Below, piece by piece: positions 1-9,120 of a DNA stretch of 40,043 bases (positions are counted from its first letter, which is position 1; every line of letters starts with the position of its first letter). The stretch lies in assembly GCA_964244895.1 (NCBI GenBank), contig CAXTKV010000016.1:1-40043 (forward strand). The letters are read 5' to 3'. Origin of the DNA: an uncultured Deinococcales bacterium (GTDB taxonomy: Bacteria > Deinococcota > Deinococci > Deinococcales > JAAFIG01). The translations under genes and the position numbers were made by a program. The notes below the pieces were generated by a model. The model had not been told where the DNA came from. It did not search any database and saw nothing but the letters and a program-made list of their open reading frames with translations.

Positions 1-347
1 CACGCGCCGGTGAACTCCCAGCGGGCGACCTCTTTGCGCTCCTGGCTCATCATCACGATGCTGCCGTTCGCCTTGGCGGATTCGTACTTGCCCTCCTCGA
101 TTTCCTTGCGCCAGCTCCAGAGGCTCAGGCTGTCACCCGAGGTGGTGATGCCCTGCTTGAGCGTCACGGGCGAGAACTTGAGGTTGCCGGGAATCTGAAA
201 CCAGGTGACATCGCCCTTCGCGTTGGTCGCGCGCTGCTGCGTGATCTCGTTTTCAGAACCCAGACCGGACATCTCACGGAAATAACCTTTGATCTTGCCC
301 TGGAATTCGACGGCGAAGAACGCGGCATTGATTGGGATTTCGGCCAT
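1..347 (-). CDS. Phage tail tube protein (T4 gp19-like / eCIS Afp1-Afp5 family), 3' end runs off the window
   Basis: Not in the ORF track because it is truncated. Manual translation from ATG at 347 (RBS GAGGAG upstream) gives MAEIPINAAFFAVEFQGKIKGYFREMSGLGSENE...IPGNLKFSPVTLKQGITT...LWSWRKEIEEG...NGSIVMMSQERKEVARWEFTGA. This is a typical gp19-like tube pattern, and it lies directly downstream of the sheath gene. Confidence 0.9.
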   Translation of the reverse strand, partial: MAEIPINAAFFAVEFQGKIKGYFREMSGLGSENEITQQRATNAKGDVTWFQIPGNLKFSPVTLKQGITTSGDSLSLWSWRKEIEEGKYESAKANGSIVMMSQERKEVARWEFTGA

Positions 348-511
348 GTCTCGTCTCCTCTCGGGTGATCGGGCTTCGGGCTTCGGGCGTCACGGATCGA
401 AGGTGCAAAGAGCTTGATCGGGAATGCCGTCTGGAACGCAGATTCTGTATCTCGAGCGACCTCGTAACCGACGGCCTTCGCGCCCGACCTAGGCCACGAC
501 CCCGGACGGGT

Positions 512-2074
512 TTACGCCCCACCACCCGCGTACTGCTGGAAGCGGAAAATCACGAACTCGGCGGGCTTGACCGGAGCCATCCCGATCTCGATGATCAACT
601 GGCCTCGGTCGCGCACGTCAGGCGGGTTCAGTTCCTCGTCGCACTTGACGAAGAAAGCCTGACCCGGTGTCGCCCCGAAGAGCGCCCCATCGCGCCACAC
701 GCCCATCAAGAAGGCCCCTACGTCGCGCTTGACGCGCTCCCAGAGGTTCTGGTCGTTGGGCTCGAACACGACCCACTGCGTGCCGCCCTCGATCGATTTC
801 TCGACGTAATTGAACAAGCGGCGCACGTTGATGTAGCGCCAGGCCGGGTCGCTCGAGAGGGTGCGGGCACCCCAGACGCGCACGCCCATCCCGGTGAAGG
901 TGCGGATGCAGTTCACGCCCACGGGGTTCAGCGTGTCCTGCTCGCCCTTGGTGATCTGCGCCACAGGGTTCAGGGCACCGCGCACGACCTCGTTGGCGGG
1001 AGCCTTGTGGACGCCGCGCTCTGCGTCGTTGCGCGCCCAGATGCCCGCGACGTGCCCGCACGGTGGCACGGCCATCGGCTTGCCATCTGGGCCGTTGACC
1101 ATGATCCACGGGTAGTAGAGCGCCGCGAACTTCGAGTCAAAATTCGATTCGGTGTTGCGCCACTTCTTGACCTCTTGCGGATTGAGGTTGGGCAGCGGGT
1201 CGATGATGGCGATGCGATCCTGCATGCGCTCGGCGTGCCCAATCATGGCCAATTGCACGGCCTTGACGCCATCCTTGTCGAGCATGCCCTTTTCGAAGGC
1301 GCTCATCAGGTCGGGCGCGCAGAGCATCGTGACATCGTCCGCGATCTCGAGGCCCTCGACGCCGGAGCGGTCGATCACGCTGCCGACGAAATCGTTCGAC
1401 TTCACCACGGGGGCGCTGCCCGCTGCAGGAGCCTTGATGACGTAGCTGCCAACCGCCGGCATCCGCTCCTGGAGCGAGCCTGTCGAGGAAACCTCGATCA
1501 GCGTGATCAGTTGGCTGGTCGAGACCGCCTCGTTTACCGGGCGCGCACTCGAGCCCTTCGGAACCTTGCGATCCGCGATGACGTTCTCGAAGGTTTCCTC
1601 GAGGGTGCCCATCTTGATCTTGAGATTGAAAGACCCCTCTGGCGCGTCCGGGCCGCTGAAAGGTACGACATCCACGACGATGTCGCTCGTCTGAGCACCC
1701 TTGGAAGCGAGCGTGATGCTCGGCACGGCCTTCGAGGCCGTCGAGGGCAATTGGGCGCTCGACGGCTTCTCGTCGCCCTTGGCGCTCGGCAACAACCGCG
1801 TGACGTAGCAGCGCGTGCCTCCGTTGGTGAAGTAGCCGTAGACGGCGTGAGCAAGATACGCCCCGGCCATGTACGGATTGACCTTGCCGTCCTCCTCGAT
1901 CGAGCCGAAGTTCTCGACGTACTGCGACCAATTCGTGACCAGCACGGGCTTGTTGGCGGGCCCCGCCGGGGCAAACCCGACGAACGCGGCCATTGCCGTG
2001 CCGACGCCCTCGATGGGTCGCGGACCGACGTTGACTTCCTCGATGTACACGCCTGGGGACAGGTATTCCGGCAT
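512..2074 (-). CDS. Contractile phage tail sheath protein (eCIS Afp2/3/4-like)
   Basis: N-terminus MPEYLSPGVYIEEV; motifs YYPWI, PPCGHVAGIWARND..RGVHKAPANEV, WGARTL, WRYINVRRLF, WVVFEPND, APVKPAEFVIFR. Start placed at ATG 2074 with a GGAGG RBS. Confidence 0.95.
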   Translation of the reverse strand: MPEYLSPGVYIEEVNVGPRPIEGVGTAMAAFVGFAPAGPANKPVLVTNWSQYVENFGSIEEDGKVNPYMAGAYLAHAVYGYFTNGGTRCYVTRLLPSAKGDEKPSSAQLPSTASKAVPSITLASKGAQTSDIVVDVVPFSGPDAPEGSFNLKIKMGTLEETFENVIADRKVPKGSSARPVNEAVSTSQLITLIEVSSTGSLQERMPAVGSYVIKAPAAGSAPVVKSNDFVGSVIDRSGVEGLEIADDVTMLCAPDLMSAFEKGMLDKDGVKAVQLAMIGHAERMQDRIAIIDPLPNLNPQEVKKWRNTESNFDSKFAALYYPWIMVNGPDGKPMAVPPCGHVAGIWARNDAERGVHKAPANEVVRGALNPVAQITKGEQDTLNPVGVNCIRTFTGMGVRVWGARTLSSDPAWRYINVRRLFNYVEKSIEGGTQWVVFEPNDQNLWERVKRDVGAFLMGVWRDGALFGATPGQAFFVKCDEELNPPDVRDRGQLIIEIGMAPVKPAEFVIFRFQQYAGGGA

Positions 2075-2559
2075 GTTTTCCTCCGTTGAGATGAGTCGAT
2101 TTCCGCGCCGCACCCACGATCAAACCTGTGCGGTGACGCGTGATTGGTCGGGCACGTTCATGGCGGTCGGCGCACGCCGAGCTGTCTGTTCCCAACGGCG
2201 TTCTCATCCGAAGTGCGACCCCGACCGTTCCAGTTCCCCTCCATCTCTACCCCCTTTCGAGGTGGACATTCCCACGGCTCTCCACGGTGTAATCAGCATG
2301 GGGGGCTTTTGAGAACGTTCTGGCGCTCGTGTTCAGTGTAAACGAGATTTCATCCAACCCTACAAGAAACGCGAATTGTCACGTCCTGACCGTGAGAAAA
2401 CGCGGCTCGGAGTTTTGATCGTTTGTGGACTGCAGTTCAGCATCTCTTGGGCGGCATTCCCCAATTCGGTCGGCGACTCGAGCCCACACTTCGAGCGAGG
2501 GCGGGGTTGAGCTGCACGCCCAAGGATCGCACACTCGAGACCCCGCTCGGTTTTGCGGT

Positions 2560-2847
2560 GCGAGATTGATCACTCGAGGCTTGATTGTGGCTGTGACGCT
2601 GCCGGGCGCGATGGGCGGCATGGCCTTCAAAGACGCTGCGTGCCAGATCCGGCACGAGCAGGCGATGCTGGCGAAACGGGTGGCCGTGCCGAGCGAGATC
2701 GTAAACCCGTTTCGGCGAGTACCTCGAGCGGAACCTCTCGCCCGCACGAAACCTCCACAAGCCGCGCGACTTGGGCTAGCTCGTGCTGCTGAGCCGCTGC
2801 GGGCTGGGCGCATTGAGGGCGTATTCAACTTCAACTGGAGCGAGTGA
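2560..2847 (+). pseudogene. Degenerate IS630-like transposase fragment (possible)
   Basis: Translated LITRGLIVAVTLPGAMGGMAFK resembles the IS630 DDE_3 segment (GL.A..T..GAMNG.AF). The C-terminal ART...LARA.E.L....IEG.F resembles IS630 C-termini. The rest is unrecognisable. Confidence 0.4.
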
Positions 2848-2893
2848 CGCTGCCTCGAGTCCCAATCAGCTGTAACGCGTTGGACACTTGTTT

Positions 2894-2980
2894 CTAGTGG
2901 AGCGAGTCAGAAGTCCGTTGGCAGAAACGCGCCACGCTCGCCAAGATTTCATCTGCCGTCCTCGATCACACGAACGGCCT
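2894..2980 (-). mobile_element. IS630-family transposase C-terminal remnant and right end
   Basis: Minus-strand translation RPFV*SRTADEILASVARFCQRTSDSLH* matches the IS630 C-terminal pattern KPFVWTKTADEILASVARFCQRTS.SGH*. The Trp codon has become TGA, and the fragment ends in CACTAG. Confidence 0.75.
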
Positions 2981-3101
2981 GAGCCGAAATTGGTGTTCTT
3001 CATCGGTTCGGAGGTCCGCGGGTGGTTTCGCCACACTCTGAGCGAAGACACCGACTCCGACGCGGATACGATTCCGTTGACCTGGACGGTGTGCTTGGCG
3101 T

Positions 3102-4997
3102 TCAAAGCTTGTGTTTCGCGGCTCGCGGTCGCTTTGGCCGGTTCGCTGGTGCGGACTTAGGACGTGTGTCGCTGACGCTCAGGCGGCGCAGCATGGCGGT
3201 TTTCTTGTTCTGGTGCGATCTCATGCGCCCCAGCACGTCATCCAGAAACGAGACCGCCTCGTCGATGTACGGCCCCTTGTTGAGCATCACGCACTCCGCG
3301 CGGCCCGACATGGCGGCGTCGGTCACCTCGGCCCGCGTCGGCAGACCGCTCTTGGCGAGGCTCTCGAGCACCTGGGTGGCCCAGATCACCGGAATGTGGG
3401 CGGCCTCGCAGAGCCACAAGATTTCTTCTTGGACTTCTGCCAGGCGCTCAAAGCCGATCTCTACCCCCAGATCGCCGCGCGCCACCATCACCGCGACGGG
3501 CGGGTGCCTGAGCGCCGTCAGCAGGAGATCGGGCAGGTTCTCGAAGGCTTGACGGTTCTCGATCTTCAACACGATGCCCAGTTGCGGTGCCTCGAATCGG
3601 TCGAGTTCGGCGATCAAGCGTTCGACATCGTGGCGATGGCGCACGAACGACAGCGACACCATGTCGGCGCGCTCGGCGATGAATGGCAGGTCGGCGAGGT
3701 CCTTTTCGGTCAGCGCCGAGAGGTGAAATTCCGTGTCGGGCAGGTTGATTCCTTTTTCGGCGCGCAGTTTGGCCGTGCCACCGTGCGCGCTCGTGATCTC
3801 GACCTCGAGTTGCTGTGCGCTGACGGCCCGGATGACCCCGGCTATCTTGCCGTCGTCAAACAGGATGCGCTGGTTCGCTTTCGCATCGCTGAAGACCTCC
3901 GGCAGCGTGCAGGCGATGTGCGCGGGTTGGGCTGCACCAATCTCGCCCCGAGCGTTCTCGCCGGGGATCGGTTCGCGCGTCACGATCAAGCGGTCCTTGA
4001 GGCTCAACTCGAGCGCCTGCGGGCGGGCGGGTAATGCGCCGATCTGACCCTCGGTGAGTCTGTTGCCTTCGCGGTACAAGCCCACCGCCATGTGAGATGT
4101 CAGGTACGCGGTTCGATCCGTGGCGCAGACGCAGCCGTCGGTCGTGATCTCGAGCACCTCGAGACTTCGCTCGCGCCCTCTGGCGTCCGTCAGGCGAACC
4201 TCGTCTTCGATTCGGCAGGCTTCAAGGAATGCCCGGTTGATCGGCACGCGGGCGGTTCCGTCCTCGAGTTTGGAAAGCGATGCGGTCAAGAAGACTCGCG
4301 CGCGAACCGTCACACGCCCCATCTGGTCGCGCTCCGGGCGCACCTTCAAGACCTCAGGGCCGGGCGCGATGGAACCTGTGCGCAGCTTGGGACCGGCGAG
4401 ATCGAACGCGACGCGGCAGGTGCGCCCGAGGCGTTCGGCCTCGGCATCCCGGTTCGCCAGCATCTGCGCCCAGATGACCTCGTCGTCGTGGGCGCAGTTG
4501 ACGCGCATGATGTCCATGCCGCGCTCGAGAAGTCGCCCGATCAGGTCGGGTTGTTGCGCCGCCTCGCTCGGCATCGTGACCATGATCCGCACCGCACGGT
4601 GCTTCGGGCGCGCCCCGAGCATCCGCAGGGTGTGATTGCGCAAGAGCCGTTCGCCGGAATGCATGTCGGGTGCTGCTTCGAGGTCGTCGGGCGGACTCAG
4701 GCCCGCCATGCGGTGCAGCGCGACCAGCACGGCGTTCAAGGTCGGCAGCACGCTCGCCTCCATCCGCCCGAGCGAACTCAGGCCCAGCCGTTGCAGTTCG
4801 AGCTGCAAGCTTCGGATGTCCTGGCGGCGCACCGCGAGGTAATGCACGAGGTTCCGCGCGCTCCGGCGGTAGGCCGCGCTCACCTGCTGCAGGTCGGGTG
4901 CGTGGCGTTTCTCGAGCGCGAGGGCATCGTGACGAAGGCCGGTCAGGTCAGCGATGGCTTTGAGGATGCGGTCGCGATCGGAAGTCGTGGGCTTCAT
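3102..4997 (-). CDS. pyk: Pyruvate kinase (long ~630 aa form)
   Basis: Motifs RVNCAH, DLAGPKLRTG, FDDGKI, KGINLP, LKIEN, MVARGDLGVE, WATQVLESL..SGLPTRAEVTDA, ECVMLNKG. Confidence 0.93.
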   Translation of the reverse strand: MKPTTSDRDRILKAIADLTGLRHDALALEKRHAPDLQQVSAAYRRSARNLVHYLAVRRQDIRSLQLELQRLGLSSLGRMEASVLPTLNAVLVALHRMAGLSPPDDLEAAPDMHSGERLLRNHTLRMLGARPKHRAVRIMVTMPSEAAQQPDLIGRLLERGMDIMRVNCAHDDEVIWAQMLANRDAEAERLGRTCRVAFDLAGPKLRTGSIAPGPEVLKVRPERDQMGRVTVRARVFLTASLSKLEDGTARVPINRAFLEACRIEDEVRLTDARGRERSLEVLEITTDGCVCATDRTAYLTSHMAVGLYREGNRLTEGQIGALPARPQALELSLKDRLIVTREPIPGENARGEIGAAQPAHIACTLPEVFSDAKANQRILFDDGKIAGVIRAVSAQQLEVEITSAHGGTAKLRAEKGINLPDTEFHLSALTEKDLADLPFIAERADMVSLSFVRHRHDVERLIAELDRFEAPQLGIVLKIENRQAFENLPDLLLTALRHPPVAVMVARGDLGVEIGFERLAEVQEEILWLCEAAHIPVIWATQVLESLAKSGLPTRAEVTDAAMSGRAECVMLNKGPYIDEAVSFLDDVLGRMRSHQNKKTAMLRRLSVSDTRPKSAPANRPKRPRAAKHKL

Positions 4998-5269
4998 CGC
5001 TTCAACCTCGCACCTTTTCTAGATCCGTGGGTCAGATCGCCCCTGGATTTCATAGACGAAGTTGAGTTTTCGCCGCGCGCTCTCGAGCGGGCGTCCGAAC
5101 TGAGCTGCACTCAACTCGAGCTGGGTCACAGCTCGCTGCGTGTTCGAGAAGACCGTGTGGGACGTGAATTTTGAGCGCACGACCCTTAGGTCTCGGACGG
5201 GTTTCATGTCGCGCGGTTCGGTTGGGTTCTCGACAACTCGCGTCGGTTCCAACCCGACACGCCGCCCCG

Positions 5270-5713
5270 TCAGCGCGTCGCGCGACGCCAACGGTCCTCA
5301 AATTTGAACGAGGGAGATTCGGTCAGCGGCACGATCTGAACGGGGATCTCGGCGGCGCTCGCCACGCTCAACGAGACCGAACCGAGCGCGACCCGTCGCG
5401 CGTCGTGCGAACCTCGAGCGCCGATCACGATCAGGTCGGCGTTCGCGTTTCGGGCCACCTCGAGAATGCACGCCGGGACGCTCCGATAGCCCGCCAGTAC
5501 GGTGAGCAATCCCGGTGTGAACCTCGAGCCAATTGCCGCCCGCTCGAGCAAGGCCCTGGCAGCCTCGAGCGTTTCAGGATCGTGTTCGGTGGCGCAGACG
5601 ACGTGAACGAAGCTCAGGCGGCTGCCCAGCAGCCTCGAGAGGTGCTGGGCGTGCCTGACGGCGTTCCCGCTGCCATGACGGTCATCCACGGGAACGAGAA
5701 TGTGGCGGAACAC
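5270..5713 (-). CDS. Universal stress protein (UspA family)
   Basis: FRHILVPVD N-terminus and ADLIVIGARG...LGSVS motif; GTG start at 5713 with GGAGG RBS. Confidence 0.9.
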   Translation of the reverse strand: MFRHILVPVDDRHGSGNAVRHAQHLSRLLGSRLSFVHVVCATEHDPETLEAARALLERAAIGSRFTPGLLTVLAGYRSVPACILEVARNANADLIVIGARGSHDARRVALGSVSLSVASAAEIPVQIVPLTESPSFKFEDRWRRATR

Positions 5714-5771
5714 GGGTGAACCTCCGGGTGCGCTCCACACGGCGCGCTGTCAGGTGATCCTGAGGCCAGAC

Positions 5772-5789
5772 CATTACCGGACGATTACA
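5772..5789 (-). promoter_or_regulatory. Putative SARP-type direct-repeat box upstream of usp
   Basis: Minus strand TGTAATC-GTCC-GGTAATG (11-bp period), then 9 nt, then CAGGAT (-10-like). Confidence 0.55.
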
Positions 5790-5792
5790 AAC

Positions 5793-5816
5793 GAGAACGC
5801 CGTCCAGCACGGTGCT
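5793..5816. repeat. Single REP-like palindrome
   Basis: GAGAACGCCGTCCAGCACGGTGCT, a variant of the window-wide GAACACCGTCCAGSACGGTGTTC motif. Confidence 0.7.
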
Positions 5817-5833
5817 GTAATGCTTTGGTCACG
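5816..5833 (+). promoter_or_regulatory. Putative SARP-type direct-repeat box upstream of the BTAD regulator (autoregulation)
   Basis: TGTAATG-CTTT-GGTCACG (11-bp period), then 9 nt, then GAGAGT (-10-like). Confidence 0.55.
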
Positions 5834-5890
5834 CGTGGGTTCGAGAGTACGCGAGTGCTTCACATGAGCTTCACCGCGCCCGAGGAGCCT

Positions 5891-6772
5891 ATGATTGAAT
5901 TGTTGGTCACAAAGAACTCCAGGAGGCTGACCGTGCCAAGGCTCGAAGTTCAGACCCTCGGCAAAACCGATGTTCGAGTCGATGGACACCCCGCCGACTG
6001 GCACGCGCGGGCCGCCCAGGAGCTGTTCTTTTTCCTGCTCTCCAACCCCGAAGGCGTGGGCAAGGAAGCGATCCTCGAGCAACTTTGGAGTCTGAACCCA
6101 ACCCCGAGCGCCAGCAACCGCTTCCGCGTGACCGTCCACCGGGTTCGGGCCGCACTGGGCAGGCCGGACGCGATCCAGGAGCAATTCGGGCGCTACCGGG
6201 TTTCGCGCGAGGTGCTCGAGGCGACCGACATTCACGCGTTCTACACCGCGATGGATCAGGCGAGTCACGCCTCTGATTCCGCCGAGCGGCTGGCCCTCTA
6301 TCAGAAAGCGATCAGCGGCTACGCCGGGGATTACCTGGCGGACGAGCGGGCCGAGTGGGCCTCAAGAGCGCGCGAGGAACACAAGGCCACCTACGTCCGG
6401 GCGGCGCTCGAGGTGTCATTGCTGCACTGCGACCACGGCTCGTGCGCGTCGGCGGTCGGGGCGCTGGTTCGCGCCCTTCGGGCCGATCCGTTCATCGGCG
6501 AGAACTACCATCAGAAGCTGATGACCTGCCTGTCCGTGGTCGAGGGAAAGTACGCCGCCATCGAACACTATCGGCGCTTCCTGCACTTCTTGCGCGATGA
6601 ACTCGAAGACGCGCCGATGGACGAGACGCGCGATCTGGCAGAGCGCATCAAGGGCGGTGAATCCATTTGTGCGCGTCGAACGGGGCCGGATGCGCCGTTG
6701 ACGCTGAACTGTCCGCTGACGCCGGACGGCTCGTGCCCTGGCGTGTTCGGCGAGTTGATCAAGCTCGCCTGA
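5891..6772 (+). CDS. SARP/AfsR-like transcriptional activator (winged helix + BTAD) with Cys-rich C-terminus
   Basis: LEVQTLG...V.VDG, ELFFFLL, LEQLW, FRVTVHRVRAALG (wHTH); Y.GDYL....EWA...RE and ALRADPF.E..HQKLM..L...G....AIEHY..F...LRDEL (BTAD). ATG 5891 with GAGGAG RBS. Confidence 0.9.
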   Translation: MIELLVTKNSRRLTVPRLEVQTLGKTDVRVDGHPADWHARAAQELFFFLLSNPEGVGKEAILEQLWSLNPTPSASNRFRVTVHRVRAALGRPDAIQEQFGRYRVSREVLEATDIHAFYTAMDQASHASDSAERLALYQKAISGYAGDYLADERAEWASRAREEHKATYVRAALEVSLLHCDHGSCASAVGALVRALRADPFIGENYHQKLMTCLSVVEGKYAAIEHYRRFLHFLRDELEDAPMDETRDLAERIKGGESICARRTGPDAPLTLNCPLTPDGSCPGVFGELIKLA

Positions 6773-6855
6773 GGACTGGACTCGAGAGGCCCGTCAAGCT
6801 CGAAGCTTGTCGGTAGAGCTCGAAGTCGCACGGTTCGCCACCGCATTTCGTATCG

Positions 6856-6936
6856 AATCAAAACCCGCGTTTCTGGCGCGTGGGATACGAATGAAATCAT
6901 TCGGAATTGAAGCCGCGCAAGTGAAAGACGATTTCA
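6856..6936 (+). repeat. Dispersed ~85-bp non-coding repeat, copy A
   Basis: Near-identical to the reverse complement of 28401-28487; shares CTGGCGCGT.GGATACGAATGAAATC and GCCGCGCAAGTGAAAGACGATTTCA. Confidence 0.85.
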
Positions 6937-7273
6937 GATCAGCTGGTGGGTCGCTGCAAACACCGTCCAGCACGATGCTGGCACTCGAGACCGCGCCGGA
7001 TAACCCTGCGGCGAGCGCGAACGGCACGCTCAGACCATCGCTCATGCCGATCGCGACTTCTCGAGGTTGCGGTAGCCCGACCGCTCGAGCCAGGGCGCGC
7101 CGACACGCTCAGCGATCAATCGGCTGATCGGTTCCGCGCGCCTCGGCGCCGTCGGCGCGAAGCCGCGCGACCGGACTCGAGGAGACTCGAGCTTGTCCGG
7201 GACGCCTAGAATATAGAGCCGTCGTTTTGAACTCGAGACGGCGCGACTGGTCACAACTGCGCCTTTTCTTCTC

Positions 7274-7323
7274 AACACCGTCCTGGGCGTATTCTCGAGA
7301 ATGCGTCCAGGACGGTGTTCTCG
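7274..7323. repeat. REP doublet (REPIN-like hairpin)
   Basis: AACACCGTCCTGGGCGTATTC-TCGA-GAATGCGTCCAGGACGGTGTT, a near-perfect long hairpin just past the transporter stop. Confidence 0.85.
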
Positions 7324-7333
7324 TCGATCTGCA

Positions 7334-8992
7334 TCATTTCAACACCGTCAGCAACACCTGCGCGATCACGATCTTGGCGATCATGGCGAGCGGGTAGACG
7401 GTCGCGTACCCGACGTTCGGCGCGTCGCCCTTCGATTGCTCGGTGGCGAAGGCCAACACGGCGGGTTGCGTCTGCAAGCCCGCCAGCATCCCCGAGAGCG
7501 CGCCGAAGGGCACACGCAGGACGCGATGCCCGATCCACAGCGTCAAGAACGCTACGCTGCAGGTCATGACTGCGCCTACCGCGAACAGCAGCAGCCCGCC
7601 ACCGCCCGCGAAGGTGCTGGCGAAGGCGTAACCGCTGCGCGTACCGACGCCCGCCAGGAACAGAATCGTGCCGAGTTGCCGCAGGGTCAGGTTGGCGCTG
7701 TGCGGCAGTTGCCACAGCACCGGCCCCGTGCGCCCCAGCGCTCCCAGAATCAACCCCACGATCAACGGGCCGCCCGCCAGGCCCAGCTTGAAGCTCGAGC
7801 CAATCGTACCCGCGCCGAGTGCCGGTTCGCCGGGCAATGGAATCGGCAGGCTACCGAGCAGCAAGCCCAGCGCGATGCCCAGGCCGAAAGTCATCACGTC
7901 AATTTCCGAGAGCGCCCTGTCGGAATCGCCCAGAAACTGCGACACCTCTCGCATCCGGTCGGGCGGCGCGATCACGCGCACGCGGTCGCCCAGCTCCAGG
8001 ATCGTGTCGGCGTTCGGCGTGAATTCCACCTCACCGCGACGCACGCGCGTCACCAGCGCGCCGAAACGCTGCGGCAATTCCAACGCGCGCAATTTCTGTC
8101 CGGCGACCCGTTTTGAAGACACCGCCACGCGCCGGAAATCGAGCGCGCTGCGATCCAGCTCGAGCTTCTCCCCGGCGGGTTCGCCGATCTCGAGCGCGGC
8201 CTGGCGCACGACGCTGGGCGACCCGATCAGGCTGACGGTATCGCCCAATTCCAGCCTTGTCTGCGGCGCGACCAGCGCGATACCGCCAGCGTGCGCGTAC
8301 CGCCCCAGGATCACCGGCCAGCCTTTTGATCGCACCGCCTGGATCACCGGAACGTCCGTAAATTCCGGCGATCTGACGATCACGTCCTGGTGCGTGACAC
8401 CATCGGATACCGAATCCGAAACCTCGAGTTCATTGACGCGCCAGACGCGCCTCAGCACGTAGATGGCGACCAGCATCCCGATCACGCCGACCGGATACGC
8501 CACTGAATAAGCCACGACCGGTTCCGCCAGCGCGCGTTCCAGCGCCCCGCCCGATTTCAGCGCCCCGCCGGATTTCAGTGCCTCGAGCACGCCCGCCAGC
8601 GCCGGAGTATTCGTAAAGGCGCCCGCGAACAAGCCCACCGTCAGCGTGTTCTTCAAGCCCAAGACGACGTGCGCCAGCGCCGCCAGAGCGCCACCCAGCA
8701 CCAGCATCGACAGCACGAAGGCGTTGTCCCGCAACCCGCGCGATCTGAGGGCCGCGAAGAATCCCGGCCCGGAGGACAGACCGATGGTGTACACGAACAC
8801 CACCAGTCCGAATTGATAGATCACCTCCGGGAGCTTCACGTCCGGCGAGATTGCCCCGAACGCCAGCCCCGTGAACAACACCGCGCTGACCCCCAACGAG
8901 AACCCGCCCAGCCTGAACTGCCCGATCAAGTACCCGATGGCGGCGACGATGAACAGCAACAGGATCGGGTTTTGCTCGAGCAGCGCCAGCAT
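7334..8992 (-). CDS. AspT/YidE/YbjL family aspartate:alanine-exchanger-like transporter with TrkA-C domains
   Basis: Duplicated membrane domains (GLVVFVYTIGLSSGPGFF, GAFTNTPALA, VAYSVAYPVG; LGTILFLAGVG..SG, GLQTQPAVLAFA, GYATVYP) around a cytoplasmic TrkA-C pair (LELGD twice). Confidence 0.92.
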   Translation of the reverse strand: MLALLEQNPILLLFIVAAIGYLIGQFRLGGFSLGVSAVLFTGLAFGAISPDVKLPEVIYQFGLVVFVYTIGLSSGPGFFAALRSRGLRDNAFVLSMLVLGGALAALAHVVLGLKNTLTVGLFAGAFTNTPALAGVLEALKSGGALKSGGALERALAEPVVAYSVAYPVGVIGMLVAIYVLRRVWRVNELEVSDSVSDGVTHQDVIVRSPEFTDVPVIQAVRSKGWPVILGRYAHAGGIALVAPQTRLELGDTVSLIGSPSVVRQAALEIGEPAGEKLELDRSALDFRRVAVSSKRVAGQKLRALELPQRFGALVTRVRRGEVEFTPNADTILELGDRVRVIAPPDRMREVSQFLGDSDRALSEIDVMTFGLGIALGLLLGSLPIPLPGEPALGAGTIGSSFKLGLAGGPLIVGLILGALGRTGPVLWQLPHSANLTLRQLGTILFLAGVGTRSGYAFASTFAGGGGLLLFAVGAVMTCSVAFLTLWIGHRVLRVPFGALSGMLAGLQTQPAVLAFATEQSKGDAPNVGYATVYPLAMIAKIVIAQVLLTVLK

Positions 8993-9041
8993 GGTGGTTC
9001 CTTTCCGGGGCTGGAGACTGGATGCTCAGGCGGGTTCGTCT

Positions 9042-9095
9042 CGAGAACACCGTCCTGGACGTGGTTTTAATCTCGCGTGCTGGACGGTGTTCTCG
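9042..9095. repeat. REP doublet
   Basis: CGAGAACACCGTCC...GTGCTGGACGGTGTTCTCG inverted pair between pckG and the transporter. Confidence 0.85.
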
Positions 9096-9120
9096 TAACT
9101 TTTAGCCTGAGATTCACGCC

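Noticed and set aside
1..2074. Tail genes read as a prophage or T6SS
   Set aside because: No head, packaging or integrase genes upstream, and the single-chain SPGVY-type sheath and gp19-like tube are unlike TssB/TssC/Hcp. Not fully excluded because the locus is truncated.
332..2089. 585-aa plus-strand ORF (likewise 9127-11067, 26548-28416, 23031-24311, 28523-29644)
   Set aside because: Antisense shadows of well-supported genes, expected from GC-rich codon bias; no recognisable motifs.
2075..2330. Long leader upstream of the sheath gene read as a riboswitch
   Set aside because: No recognisable riboswitch consensus by eye; an Rfam scan is needed.
6940..7270. Short ORFs between the BTAD gene and the transporter (and in 5000-5270)
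   Set aside because: No motifs or RBS, and the 6940-7270 ORFs overlap repeat elements; treated as non-coding.
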